Position numbers and translations under genes: made by a program. Positions 13,226 to 25,175 of a DNA stretch of 64,000 nucleotides are shown one piece after another. Origin of the DNA: Hemiscyllium ocellatum (taxonomy: Eukaryota); NCBI RefSeq assembly GCF_020745735.1, contig NC_083409.1:42118048-42182047 (forward strand), in the 5' to 3' direction. How positions within the stretch are numbered: the stretch's first letter is position 1; every line of letters starts with the position of its first letter. The notes beneath the pieces are model-generated. The model was not told the DNA's origin. It saw only the letters and a program-made list of their open reading frames with translations, and searched no databases.

Positions 13226-13452
13226 CAAAGTTAAAAATCACACAACACCAGGTTGTAGTGCAACAGGTTTAATTGGAAGCACACTAGCCTTTGGAGCGAC
13301 GCTCCTTCATCAGATGATAGTCAGTCTATCACCCGATGAAGGAGCGGCGCTCCGAAAGTTACTGCTTCCAATTAAACCTGTTGGACTATAACCTGGTGTT
13401 GTGTGATTTTTAACTTTGTACACCCCAGTCCAACACCGACATCTTCAAATCA
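13226..13452 (+). mobile_element. Penelope-derived fold-back element with two mutated hammerhead cores
   Basis: Arms 13226-13320 and 13326-13418 are reverse complements. Cores are of the CTGATGA-AGGAGC..GCTCC-GAAA-GC-TA type. Imperfect 12-bp TSD ttcttcggtcaa (13217) / ttcttctggcaa (13453). Confidence 0.85.
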
Positions 13453-13749
13453 TTCTTCTGGCAAGTGTGTGTGAACTGCTTTTTGGGGCTGTTTGATGTA
13501 CTTGCTGGATATCCTCACAGAGATGATAGGGAAGTGGGACCACAGTGACCAGCTGTGGGCCATCCACAGGAGTAGGACTGGAGTCTACTGTAATCTGTAT
13601 CTTTAATGGCTCTACATATACACCACAGATTACAGATTGACCCTGGGTTCAATGAGCCTGTCGGATGGTATGCCAAGAGCAACACCAAGCACAGCAAAAA
13701 ATAAGGGGTGAACCTGGTAAATCTACCACGTGGGACTACTTGCATTGCC

Positions 13750-15445
13750 AAACAGCAAACAGCAACAGCTAAGACTGGGCAATCTCATAACCAATGGATC
13801 ATATCTAAGTTCTGCAGTCCTGTCACATCCACTCATGAATGATGGTCAACAACTCAACAATTAACAGAAAGGGGAGGTTGCATAAAAATCCTCATCCTCA
13901 AATGTTGGGGCCCCAGCGCAGCAGTGCAAAATGAGATTGAAGTCCTCCTAACCATCTTCAGCCAGTAGTGCCAAGCTGATAATCTATCTTGTCCTCTTCA
14001 GAGGTCCCTAGCATCATAGAAGCTAGTCTTCAAACAATTCGAATCACTGCACATGACATCAAGAAATAGTTGCAAGCATTTCCACTGCAGAGGTTACTGG
14101 CCTTGGTAATGTTCTCAAAATGGTATTGTGCTCCAGAAATAGCCCTGCAACTAGCTAAGCTGTTCCAGTACAGTCACAACACTGGCATCTACCCAAACAT
14201 GTGGGAAATTGCCCTAATACATCCTGTACACTAAACGCAGAACAAATCCAATCTGGCAAATTAGCATCCTATCAGTCTACTCTCAATGTCAGTGCTATCA
14301 AGCAGCACTTGCTCAGGAATGAGTTGCTCATTGATGCTTAGTTTGAGTTCTGTCACTTAGCTCCTGACGTCCTTGCAGCCAATGCAGCCAAATATGGACA
14401 AAGGAGCTGAACTTCAGAGAGGACATGTCCTTGACATCAAGGTCACATTTGATCAAGTATGGAATCAAGAATTTGCAAAACTGCAATCAATAGAAATCAG
14501 GGGGAAACTCCTGTTGGTTAGAGTCATATCACGCACAAAGATGGATGCAATTGTTGGAAGCTATTCCCCTCAGCCCTAGGGCACCTCTGCAAGAACTTTT
14601 CTGGTTAGCCCCAGCACCAACCATCTTCAGCTGCTTCATCAATTACCATCCCTCCATCATAAGTCAGAGGTCAGGTCCTTTGCTGATGACTGCACAATAT
14701 TCAACACCATTTAGTATAACACCATAACTCCTTAGTATCCTCAGATGGTGAAGTAGTCTGTGTCCATATGCAGAAAAGTCTGGACAATGACCACCTCAAA
14801 TAAGAAGGAACCTAACCATCATCCTTTGACACTGAACCTCATTACCATTGTTGACTATACCAGCCGTATAAATACCAGGGCTATGAGAGCAGGTCAGGGG
14901 CTGTTATGAGGCAGTCCACCTCCCCAAACATTGCCCATCTGTTACAAAGCAAAGTCAGGATTATGATAGATAAGTGCAACCCCAACAACATTCAAGAGGC
15001 TTGTTACCAGCCAGAACAAAGCAACCAGTGTGTCTGGCACCCTGTTCACCATCTTCATCCTTCATTTTCTCCACCAAAGGTACACAGTGGTAGCAGTGTA
15101 CATAACAACAAGATGCACTGTGATAACTCACCAAGACTCCTCCGCTAGCAAATCCATGATGTGTACCAGCTAGAAGAACAAGGAGGGTAGATAAATACGG
15201 CCACCACCAACTGCAAGTTTCCCCAAGTACCACATACCATTCTGCTGTGGAACAGTGTCACTGTTCCTTCACAATGGCTGGGTCAAAATCCTGAAAATCT
15301 CTTGCTGTCATTAAGTATCTGTACACCCAAAGGCTGCACCGGTTCCAAAACGGAGCTCACCATCACCTTTTCCAGGCAATTATGGATGGGAAACAAAAGC
15401 GGATTAGCCAGTGATGTCGATATCCTGTGAATGAATGAAGAATAA
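13750..15445 (+). mobile_element. Decayed CR1/L2-group LINE (family B), RT region to 3' end
   Basis: LAKLFQYSHNTGIYPNMWEIA, LDIKVTFDQVW and FADDCT (tttgctgatgactgcaca). Homologous to the copies at 21060 and 34545. Confidence 0.85.
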
Positions 15446-15639
15446 CAAAGGTTGCGACTGTTCTGAGGAGAGCAGTGGCAATGCCTCTGGTTCTGTGGGA
15501 TATCAGAGATATCGAGTTGGGACTGCAGGAAGTGTCAGCCATGCCGCGCCCTCAGTCAAGTTAGAGACAATTCCGACATAACAATAGCAGAAAGTCCAGC
15601 AACTGGACCCATCATCCCAATGTGCATTTACGATCCCAT

Positions 15640-16700
15640 TAATGCGCTGATCTGAGACCACTGCAGCAGAACCCTTCTATCACTTCAACTTCCAGAGAGT
15701 GGGAAAGAAACATCCCATTTGACTGCAGGCTACTGGCGCCCAGTGGTTTACCATGTGTTGATACCAAATCTATACTAACCTCCAATTTACTTTCAGATCC
15801 AGTGCCCGTCAGATCGACTGCTGGGACCGATGCATCAGGATTATGCTGCTTCTCTTCCACTTCCCCCTCAGGTAGCTGTGGCTCAGCAGGTGACCATTTC
15901 TGGATATCTGAAGGCAGGAATTCAGATGGGTAATGTTGGACTGAGGGAATGTGGATGGGGTGGAGAGAAAAAAGGTCCCTGGGCACGCACCCAGCGGCAG
16001 CTTGCTCATCTAACAGGATGAGCAATGTTATAAGGCGGGAGGAGGCAGTCATCCATAATAGTCCAGCAACATCAGAGCCAGGCCCTGTCACAGCCAGTAT
16101 CAGGAGGCTGAGAGCCATCTCCCCTGTAGGAATCAGGAAATGTAAGCAGCATGGTCACCTGCAAACTCTGCGCTGTTCCTTCCCATTGTGTTTCTCCTTG
16201 TTCTGTGAGGGTGATGGTCTGCCTGACATAGCTGAATAGCTGGAAGTATGTGTAAGCATCAAGATGCTTGTGTGAGACATTGGTGTGTATGTGAGGGTAG
16301 GCTGGAGTACCTCCATGTTAGGCATGTGGTCTGGGTGTACCGTTAGGTAAATGATGGGTGGAGAGCAGTGTGGGAGGTTGGTGCTCTCTTAGAGAGGGGA
16401 TGTCTTGGGAAGATGTACTCCCAGATGTTGATCCTTCCTACAAGGTCATCAACCACTTGTGGTGCTGCTATCAGGGGTCCAAACTTCAGTAGCTGAGTCT
16501 CTTGGCCATGTGCCCTCACTCTCTTAACATGATGGTCCTCGAGGATCGCCTGGATCTCTGTAGGAATCTGCAATCTCTCTTTTCACTCACCTGCAGCACT
16601 AATGGCTCTGGCACCTCCTCTATCAACCTGGTCGTTCTGAATGAGTCGGCGCTCATTTTGCAGCATTTTCCATACTGGCAAGCTGTGGCTCCAACTTGCT
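15640..16700 (-). mobile_element. Possible Harbinger-derived Myb/SANT gene remnant
   Basis: GC-richer block whose minus strand near 16430-16660 loosely resembles the remnant at 61600-61860. Heavily frameshifted. Confidence 0.3.
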
Positions 16701-16746
16701 TTACAAAACCACAAAGCTAAAGCCAGGCTGCCTGTCCCCCATGATT

Positions 16747-16942
16747 AGAGTCAAGATTAGAACGGTGCTGGAAAAGCACAGCAGGTTAAGCAGCATTCGA
16801 GGAGCAGAAAAATCGATGTTTCGGGCAAAAGCCCTTCATCAGGAACAAGGTCATTCAGAGGCTGCCTGACCTGCTGTGCTTTTCCAGCACCACTCTAATC
16901 TTGACTCTAATCTCCAGCACCTGCAGCACCCACTTCCGCCCA
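16747..16942. mobile_element. Penelope-derived fold-back element; hammerhead core on minus strand at 16813-16845
   Basis: gattagagtcaagattagaacggtgctggaaaagcacagcagg is inverted as cctgctgtgcttttccagcaccactctaatcttgactctaatc. Core CTGATGA AGGGC TTTT GCCC GAAA CA TC. Imperfect 13-bp TSD gtcccccatgatt / gtcccacaggatt. Confidence 0.85.
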
Positions 16943-18274
16943 GTCCCACAGGATTGCTGAGTAACACATTAGCATTACCACCTGCATGCACTGAGCTCAG
17001 AGCTGCTGTCAATCAGAAGTGACCAGCCTATGGGCCATAGATTGCCATACTGAAATCACAAAGTGAAAGAGTACAGGTGCATTGTACATCACAACAGCTG
17101 TACAGCCACCACCCCCGCCACAACCTCTTCCCCCTCCCACCCACCCCCATCCCCAAAATAAACTAGGGCAAAGTCATTTTTAACTCAGGATTTCTCTCTT
17201 GATATCAGACCCGACATTTTGTTGCTTATGCAATTATTCACTGTTTCAATTAAAGGTATCTGCAAAGGACATTATTCACCAAGGTCTCAGATTATAAATG
17301 GTGTGGAGGATCCTGTTCTCTCTCTCCTGTTCTGCTAACTTCAAAAAAATGGAAGGGAAAAGAACAGTTACCACCATGGAGTTGCCGTCATGAAGTGAGT
17401 ATCACAATCAATACAGCTATTTTCAATTAGTTGTCATGGATTCTTTGACTGAGGCTGCTTTAAGGCATTATGCTTTGGACAAAAAGGAACATTTTCTCAC
17501 ACACTTTCTATTCTAAAACTATTTTTGATCAAAATACATCATTGTGAACCAGCCAGTACAAGAATTTACTTTGTTATAATCCATGGTGATGTCTGATAGA
17601 AACTAACATTTTTAGGCACATTATTTTTCTTGGCCACTCATGCTCTGACACCTGTAATATATTTCTCTATTACATGTTTCCAAAATACCTCTGTCCAAAT
17701 TACGCATTTAATTTAAAAAGTCCTCTGCATCATGACGTACCTGTATTAAATGTTAGCATAACTGAGGCACTCAGGGAAGGTAAATGCAATTACATCAGAA
17801 GACATTGGGGAAAATGTCGCATGAACAGAAGTCACTTGATCAAATAATTGATGGTGAACCTGGAAATGGATTTGTATTTTAAAAATGAAACAAAATGGAG
17901 AAAGATTATATGAGTGTGGCTAAGATATCTCCTTAAAAGGGTCATTGGTGCAAAAGGAGGAGGAGAGAGTCACCTACAGAGACTTTGAAAGGGACAAATA
18001 TTTAACCAGTGGATTAAAGAGAACATTGGTGTGCAAGCTACCTCGTCTTATTGCTAAAGAGCTAAAAATCATTGAAGGAAACCTAAAGAACCTGCATCAC
18101 CTCCTGTGCTCCAGGCTGGAGTCATTGAATGTACTTCCCGGATTGTTTTTCCCACCCTTCTCTCCATGTCTTGTGCATCTCTGTTTGTGAAAGAGTGAAT
18201 TTGAGTAAAAGTAGTGTTTAAGAGAAAAGGATTGAAGACACCAATTCTTATATCATTTTGTCCATTAGTTATTG

Positions 18275-18420
18275 AGAGTCATAGAGTAATACAGCATGGA
18301 AACAGACCGTTTGGTCCAATCAGTCCATGCTGACCACAATGCCAAACTAACCCAGTCCCACTGCCTGTGCTTGTCCAACATCTCTCCAAACATTTCTTAT
18401 TCATAAACTTATTTTTTAAA
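18275..18420 (-). mobile_element. CR1 (HER1-like) 3' tail fragment
   Basis: gagtcatagagtaatacagcatggaaacagacc... matches the antisense tail at 23328, 50553 and 62380. Confidence 0.75.
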
Positions 18421-19613
18421 CATTATGGATCATTTGTTCATAATAAGCATGTATTTTCTTGTGAATTACAGAAACCTAGTCAGTGTTTCCCTTTTACTTA
18501 AGTTCATCAGTTAGGTAAATTGGGATCTTTGGATCGGTTGAATAAATATTTTCGTATTTGTGACAACTCTGAGAATACTTGGGCTTAATGTTTAGCACAA
18601 ATTAAATGGAGAAGTCCCGCCTTTTATGCTTTAAATAGATTATTTATGCTTTATGGCTTTACTGAATGAATTCCACTCTCCCAGGCTCTCTGAAATGAAT
18701 CTCATTCCTTTAATATATTTCCTTAGACAATATCCTACTGTCTATATGGTTAAGAATCTTCATCGCTTCATGGTGTTTCTTGGATAACCACTGTTGGATG
18801 TGGATTAAATAAATGCTTCCACCTTTACCAAGTTTTAAATAATGGATCTCTACTTTTTTTGAAGTTTCAATAGTCTCTTAAAATCTACCAAAAGAAAGGA
18901 ATTGTCTGCTTAGACTTCTAAATTGACCAATCATCACATTGACTTGCGAGTGCCCAATTCTGACTCCTCATTTTAACTTTCTTCTGTGGCCTTTGGTTTC
19001 CTTTCCTGTGGCCGTATTTCACGATGTCCACTCTCTATGACAGTGATGCTTAACTGTAACTGTAAGTACTTTGTTTAGTAATAGATTCCCCAGTCTAAAA
19101 ATTTGCCTTTGTTTTCGACGTTTCTCTTTGTCCATCAAGGATTTCAACTTTACTCAAAAAGGCTCCGAATCCCATTTACTCTCAACTTGGAATTGTTCCA
19201 AGGAGTGAGTCCAACTTCATCAAGTTCCATGCTCACGCTCACTGTCATGCATCTCTTGATTGGGTCTGAAATGCTTTTTACAACTGAGTGTTTATTCTGC
19301 TACAAATCTTCTCCCAAACTTTGAACACCTACAGGCGAGAACCCAAACTTTGTTCATTCTGCCTTGTAGAATCTTATCGCAAGGTTCACATCTTTGGGAT
19401 TTTTGAATCTTTAACATCTTCCTTGCTGGGTGTTAAAACCATGCTTGCTGAATCTCTTTGGGGACCAGGACTTTGTACACTGTAGCCATGAGCTGGCCAG
19501 GCAGCTTGCCAGCCTCTTTTCTGATGGATCCTCACTGCAGCTCATCATGTAGGATCCGTGTGGTCAATTTGCTGTCACCATTCTCTCTCGAGCTGGGGAT
19601 CTAAAGGGTCCTA

Positions 19614-19698
19614 AATAAAAACCGAAAGAACTACGGATGCTGTAAATCAGAAACAAAAACATAAATTGCTGGAAAAGCTGAGCAGGTCTGGCAGCATG
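19614..19698 (-). mobile_element. Penelope pLTR 3' stub without a ribozyme core
   Basis: aaaaccgaaagaactacggatgctgtaaatcagaaacaaaaac...gcaggtctggcagcat matches 21600-21680. Confidence 0.7.
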
Positions 19699-21059
19699 AG
19701 ATAGCCTACTAATCATAGGCTTTTGTTTAAACTGGATACAGATTGCAGCATGATAAGCAACAAGTTACACTGTTATGAAAGACCTTACTGGGGCAATGAG
19801 GGAGATTTTGCTTTTAAGGCCTTACTGCTTCAAGATCCTTCCCTGTCCAAGTGAGTATGGTATGATTGGATGGTGCTTTATACTCTCCTCAATATTAACC
19901 ATTTCAGACCCTTACCCTTTTACACAACAGCCAGCATTATTACAGTGGGCTGAATGGCCTCCATCAGCGCAGTATGTTTCTCTGAATGAAGCACTGGTGT
20001 TTGTGCTGACTGGGTAAAGAAGCAACATTTGTGGGACAGAGATGATGCAGAAACAAAGAAGCTGGAGAGTGACAATGTGTATGGTCCCTTAAGTTGGAAC
20101 GGAATAGAATCAAGCTAGCGATCAGCAGGAGGACCCTGTGGATGAATATGCCTCCAGTTTCACTGCAACTTTTCGTTCTGAAGTGCTCTTGCATAAAATA
20201 CATGAGCTTGACTTTAATGTGTTAATGCATGAAATTAAATGAGCACAGGCTTGATTTTGATTTCACTCTGTAATGTGCTCAGTTCACTCATAAAATTAAT
20301 GATCAGGTTGCAGCATTTTCACATATCAGGAGGACCAGCTGTGCCTTTGTTTGGAGCAGAGATGAAACCAGATTTTAAATTATGATTAGTGAAAGTTGAG
20401 CTTTTCAGTATCTTTTTGTTAGTTTCTTTATTATTGCCCTTACATCTGGCGATGGCATCCCCAGGTCTCTCTTTCTCTGGCTTTAGAAGGGGGAGAGAGA
20501 GAGAGAAGAGGAGACGAAATGGAATGCAAGGCAGGGTCACTTGCATCCCTCGCGCCATATTTCACAAAGGAGATGGAAAGGCAGAAATTGGACCTTGATG
20601 CATCCATTTTACAGATGCTAAATATACATATCGGAGAGGACAAATGTATTGCTTAAGACCCACCAAGGAAACTGAGATGCCTTGAGTGTAGCACTCAGCT
20701 CAATTTTTCAAGAGACCGAAGCAGCCTGAAGTTGCTTTTAAAAGCAAAAGATTTGATGTGGAGCAATGAATTTATCTTCCTAGTTCCACAGCACTCATTG
20801 CTGTTGGCCCAATATGGTCCCTCACTGTATTTTCTGCTCCTGACATAACTTCAAGTGTGTGTCTGACTTCAATCTATGTGGAGGAGTGACAGAACAGGCA
20901 ATTGACTGATGATTGCCATCGAGGCTCGATGGGGTAATTGTGGACCCACGTAGGCCTCCCAGGAGAGAGGCGCACACTATACTCAGAAACAGTTTCAGAC
21001 GAGAGAGAAACAGGCTCAGCCAGTCAGTGATTCAGAACAAGGAGGCATTAATATGGCAC

Positions 21060-22345
21060 TAAATGCATTTCAGCCACAAGTACTGAGTGGATTAACATCT
21101 TGGTCTCCTCCGGGCTCCGCACCATTACAGCTGCCAGTCTTCAACCAATCAGGTTCACTCCACATGATATCAAGAAACAGTTGAAAATGCTGGACACTGC
21201 AAAGGCTGTGGACCCTGACAACATTCCAACAATATTACGGAAGACTTGCACTCTAGATGTAGCCAAATCCCTAATAAAGCTGGAAAATTGCCCAACTATG
21301 TCCTGTCCAAAAAGAGCAAAACAAGCTCAATTATCCAATTACCACCCTAGCAGTCTACTGCTGTTATCAGGAAAGTGATAGAAAGGGTTGTCAATGGGTG
21401 ATAACGAGAAAAGGAATAACCTGCTCACTGACTCCCAGGTTAGATTCCTTCAGGGCCAATTAGCTCCTCATCTCATTACAGCTTTGGTCCAAACATGGAC
21501 AAAAGAGCTGAACTCCAGAGGTGAGGTGAAAATGTTTGCTTTTGATGTCAAGGCACCCTGTTCAATTGTGTATGGAGCTGAACAAAACTGGAGTCAACAG
21601 AAACTGAAAGAACTGCGGATGCTGTAAATCAGAAACAAAAACAGAAGTTACTGGAAGAGCTCAGCAGGTCTGGCAGCATCGATGGAGTGAAATCAGAGTT
21701 AACGTTTCAGGTCTGGTGACCCTTCCTCGGAAGAAGACCTCTGAGAAAGGGTCATCAGACCTGAAACATTAACTCTGATTTCTCTCTAAGGATGCTGCCA
21801 GACCTGCTGAGCTTTTCCAGGAACTTCTGTTTTTGGAGTCAATAAATATCTGGAGAAACATTCTCTGGAGAATTTTGGAGTCTTTCGCAGTGCAGAGAAA
21901 GAGGGCTGTGCCTGTTGGAGGTCAATCATCTCAAGAGAGCATCCACCCAGCCTGACTTGTCGTGACTGAATTCTTCACAATCAACAAAAGAGCCCAGTTG
22001 CTTGTCACCACATCCACAAACATTCACTCCATCCGCCACTGATGCACAGTGACAGTAGTCTACATGATATTTGGCAAAGCCTCACCAAACCTCTTCAAAA
22101 CATACCTTCAAAACCCACAGATTCTACCATTTAGTAGGACAAGGCAAACAGACACATGGGAACATCACCATCAGACCCACTGTCCTGACTTGGAACTATA
22201 TTGTGATTTCTTCACTGGCACTGGGTCAAAATTGTGGCTCTCCCTTCATAGCAGCACACTGGGCAGCTGATCAGTACCTTCTCCAGGCCAATAGGGATGG
22301 GAAGCAAATGCTTGCTTGGTCAACAACACCCACCTTCCATAAGCG
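21060..22345 (+). mobile_element. Decayed CR1/L2-group LINE (family B)
   Basis: QPIRFTPHDIKKQLKMLDTAKAVDPDNIP and LITALVQTWTKELNSRGEVKMFAFDVKA. Confidence 0.85.
21598..21833. mobile_element. Penelope-derived fold-back element with two mutated hammerhead cores
   Basis: Arms about 21637-21731 and 21740-21834 are inverted. Perfect 9-bp TSD TGGAGTCAA at 21589-21597 and 21834-21842, inside LINE family B. Confidence 0.9.
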
Positions 22346-23327
22346 ACAACAAAAAACAGACGATATGAAGTGAAAAGCAGAAGCATCCTTTTGCATGGTG
22401 TATGGTAAAGCTACTCCCTATTGCAATGTTGACAGCAGTCAATCACAATGCACAGACCTGTCAGCAGATTATGACGTGTTGTTTGCTGAACAGCTTCATC
22501 ATTTTCTCATAGTGTCCTAACAGCAGACCGTGTATGCTTGCAATTTTTATTTTTCAGAAAAATTTCAATTTTTATGTCCAAAACATTGTTGACGACATCA
22601 AATCAGTAATGTTCTACTGCAGCAATGAGGGGCACTTGACTGTTAATTCCCTTATCTCCCTGGTCAATTATTGTGCAACATGCATGCAGCATATTAGCAC
22701 TCAAAATAAAATCTCTTCATGGAGCAATTTTGTCACAACTAGAAACTCAGCAAATGAGCACCATATTTTACTCCTTACAGATTTGGCTCCTATTTCACAT
22801 TGGCTGCCACATTAATGCGAACAATATTTAGACTAGTACTACGCACTTGCTGATTTTTGTTTCAAAGGTGGCTGAAGTGAACAGCAGAAAGTTCACCCTT
22901 TAACCAAAGTAATGCTTATCCTTGATGAATATGGAGTCTGGAATATGAGTTGCCTTTTACCTAGCTCTTTTGAGCCACCGTTGAAGATGGGAATACGGAG
23001 GGAATGTGTGTCTGAGAGAGTTCCTCCATTCCTCCTCTGCATCCAATTTCGCACTTCACACTCAATCCTCCTCATACTCAACTCTCTCCTATGCTTCCCT
23101 ACCTCTAAGTCATCAGAAAACTCATCTAATTTTATAGAGGGCTGTTGATTCATATCTCCAGCTAGGTCTTCCCAGTGAGGCAGATTGGCCTCTTCATCTC
23201 ATCGGCGATTGCCTTGTTCAAACCTCCGCTGCTTTTGCCTGATTTCTTTATGATCCCTTTGACAAACTTCACTGTCGCCTCAACCTTTGTGTTTGATAGC
23301 TACTGCGTGAGATGATGCCTGGTCACA

Positions 23328-23915
23328 GAGTCGTAAAGGCATAGAGATGTATAGCATGGAAACAGACTCTTCGGTCCAACCCATCCACACTGACCGACAG
23401 ATATCCCATCACAATCTAGTCCCACCTGCCAGCACCCGGCCCATATCCCTCCAAACCCTTCCTATTCATATACCCATCCAGATGCCTTTTAAATGGTGCA
23501 ATTGTACCAGCCTCCACCACTTCCTCTGGCAGCTCATTCCATACATGTACCACCCTCTGTGTGAAAACGTTGCCCCTTTGGTCTCTTTTATACCTTCCCC
23601 CTGTCACCCTAAACCCATGCCCTCTAGTTCTGCTCTCCCCAACCCCAGGGAAAATACATTGCCTATTTACCTTATCCATGCCCCTCATAATTTTGTAAAC
23701 TTCTATAACGTCACCTCTCAGCCTCCGATGCTCCAGGGAAAACAGCCCCAGTCAATTTGACCTCTCCCTATAGCTCAAATCCTCCAACCCTGGGAACAGC
23801 CTTGTAAATCTTTTCTGAACCCTTTCAAATTTCACAACATTTTTCCGATAGGAAAGAGACCAGAATTGCACGCAATATTCTAACAGTAGCTTAACCAATG
23901 TCCTGTACAGCTGCA
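23328..23915 (-). mobile_element. CR1 (HER1-like) 3' fragment inserted in the Gypsy integrase
   Basis: ORF 23416..23688 has ESRTRGHGFRV...FTQRVVHVWNELPEEVVEAGTIAPFKRHLDGYM. Confidence 0.9.
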
Positions 23916-24995
23916 AATGTTAAATTTCCTCGTCTTTTATGAAACAGCTTCACTTGTGAATTGTGGGCCCTTGTCACTCACCACAATGTCTGGAATGACC
24001 AGCCAACATCAAAACTACCAAGGAGATTCAGGCATTCGAAACTCACACTGATGTCAGCTGTTCGAACACTCGGCCAGAAAAGTTGTCAATAGTGACAGTT
24101 TCTGCAAAAGAAAAGAGATCTACTCCATTGGCATCACTGTTTTTCCAGGTTATTATGAGTCATAAGTGACTCTTTATCCTGCTTAGCTCTGTATTCATTT
24201 TAAGCCCTGCATTGACACATGCGGTCCTTAATGCCATTGTCCAGTAGCACACTAACTTTCTCAGGCTAAAGTCTTTTAGAGCTTGCATGGATGCGTTTCA
24301 GCATCTCTTTTTTTCAACTCCTTGCACAATTTTGAGTTTCCCCTTCATTTCTCTGTGGTCTTGATGCTTTCAGGCCATCACTGCATCATTCCATCCTGCA
24401 GCATTTGGAAATGTGCATCGTGTTGTGTAGCTGTTTAATTTGATCATGACAATGGTGTCCTACACTCAATGTTTCTGCTGGGTTAATTACTTCCAGAGCA
24501 CATTACATTGTTGTACCTTGATGAATTTTCAAACACCATCTTCACATCTTCTAAATTCTGTATAGAGAGTGCTGCTCTTGACAGCATGTCAGCTCTTTAA
24601 AGTGGTTTGTGGTCGGACTTCATCAACATTTCGCCTCTTCCAAATGGGAATCGATCAAAATTCTCATAAGCCAAGGCAATAGCCAGGCACTCTTTCTCAG
24701 CCTGAATGGAAGGCCTGAGTTTGCATTAAATGTAACTGTCAGTTCTTGCTACATCCAGATTTCTCCAAGTCCTACCTAGCTGTCATTACGTTGTTGGGTA
24801 GCTTCATCAGCACTGCCATTTGTTTCAATAGTCATTCAATACTAGTGAAAGCTGCTGTGTGTACTGTGCCCCAAACCACTGCCTGTGCTTCATAGTGAGA
24901 TTGGATAGAAGCTCATATTTGAATGAAAACTTAGATGAGAACCTCGCGAAATAGTTCACAAACCCAACAAATTGTCACCCTGCTTTCACACTTGG

Positions 24996-25175
24996 GGGTC
25001 AGTTAGCCAGCTGGTGGCTACTTATGTCATACAGAGTGATGCCAACAGCATGTGTTACATACATGTCCTCGCTAAGGTTACCATGAAGTCCCTGCCATAC
25101 CAACCTCACCACAGCATAGACCTCCAGTTTAAGCTTCTTCAATAATGAGGGAGCATCCTATGATCGTCTGGAGCT
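24996..25175 (+). mobile_element. tRNA-derived SINE (second family), diverged
   Basis: ggggtcagttagccagc...agagtgatgccaacagcatg...aggttaccatgaag. Homologous to 54308-54510. Confidence 0.6.

Noticed and set aside
13226-13452. DNA-transposon MITE interpretation of the palindromic short elements
   Set aside because: The arms are asymmetric, TSDs are variable and long (9-16 bp), and the sequence matches Penelope pLTRs with hammerhead cores, in some copies attached to PLE ORF ends.
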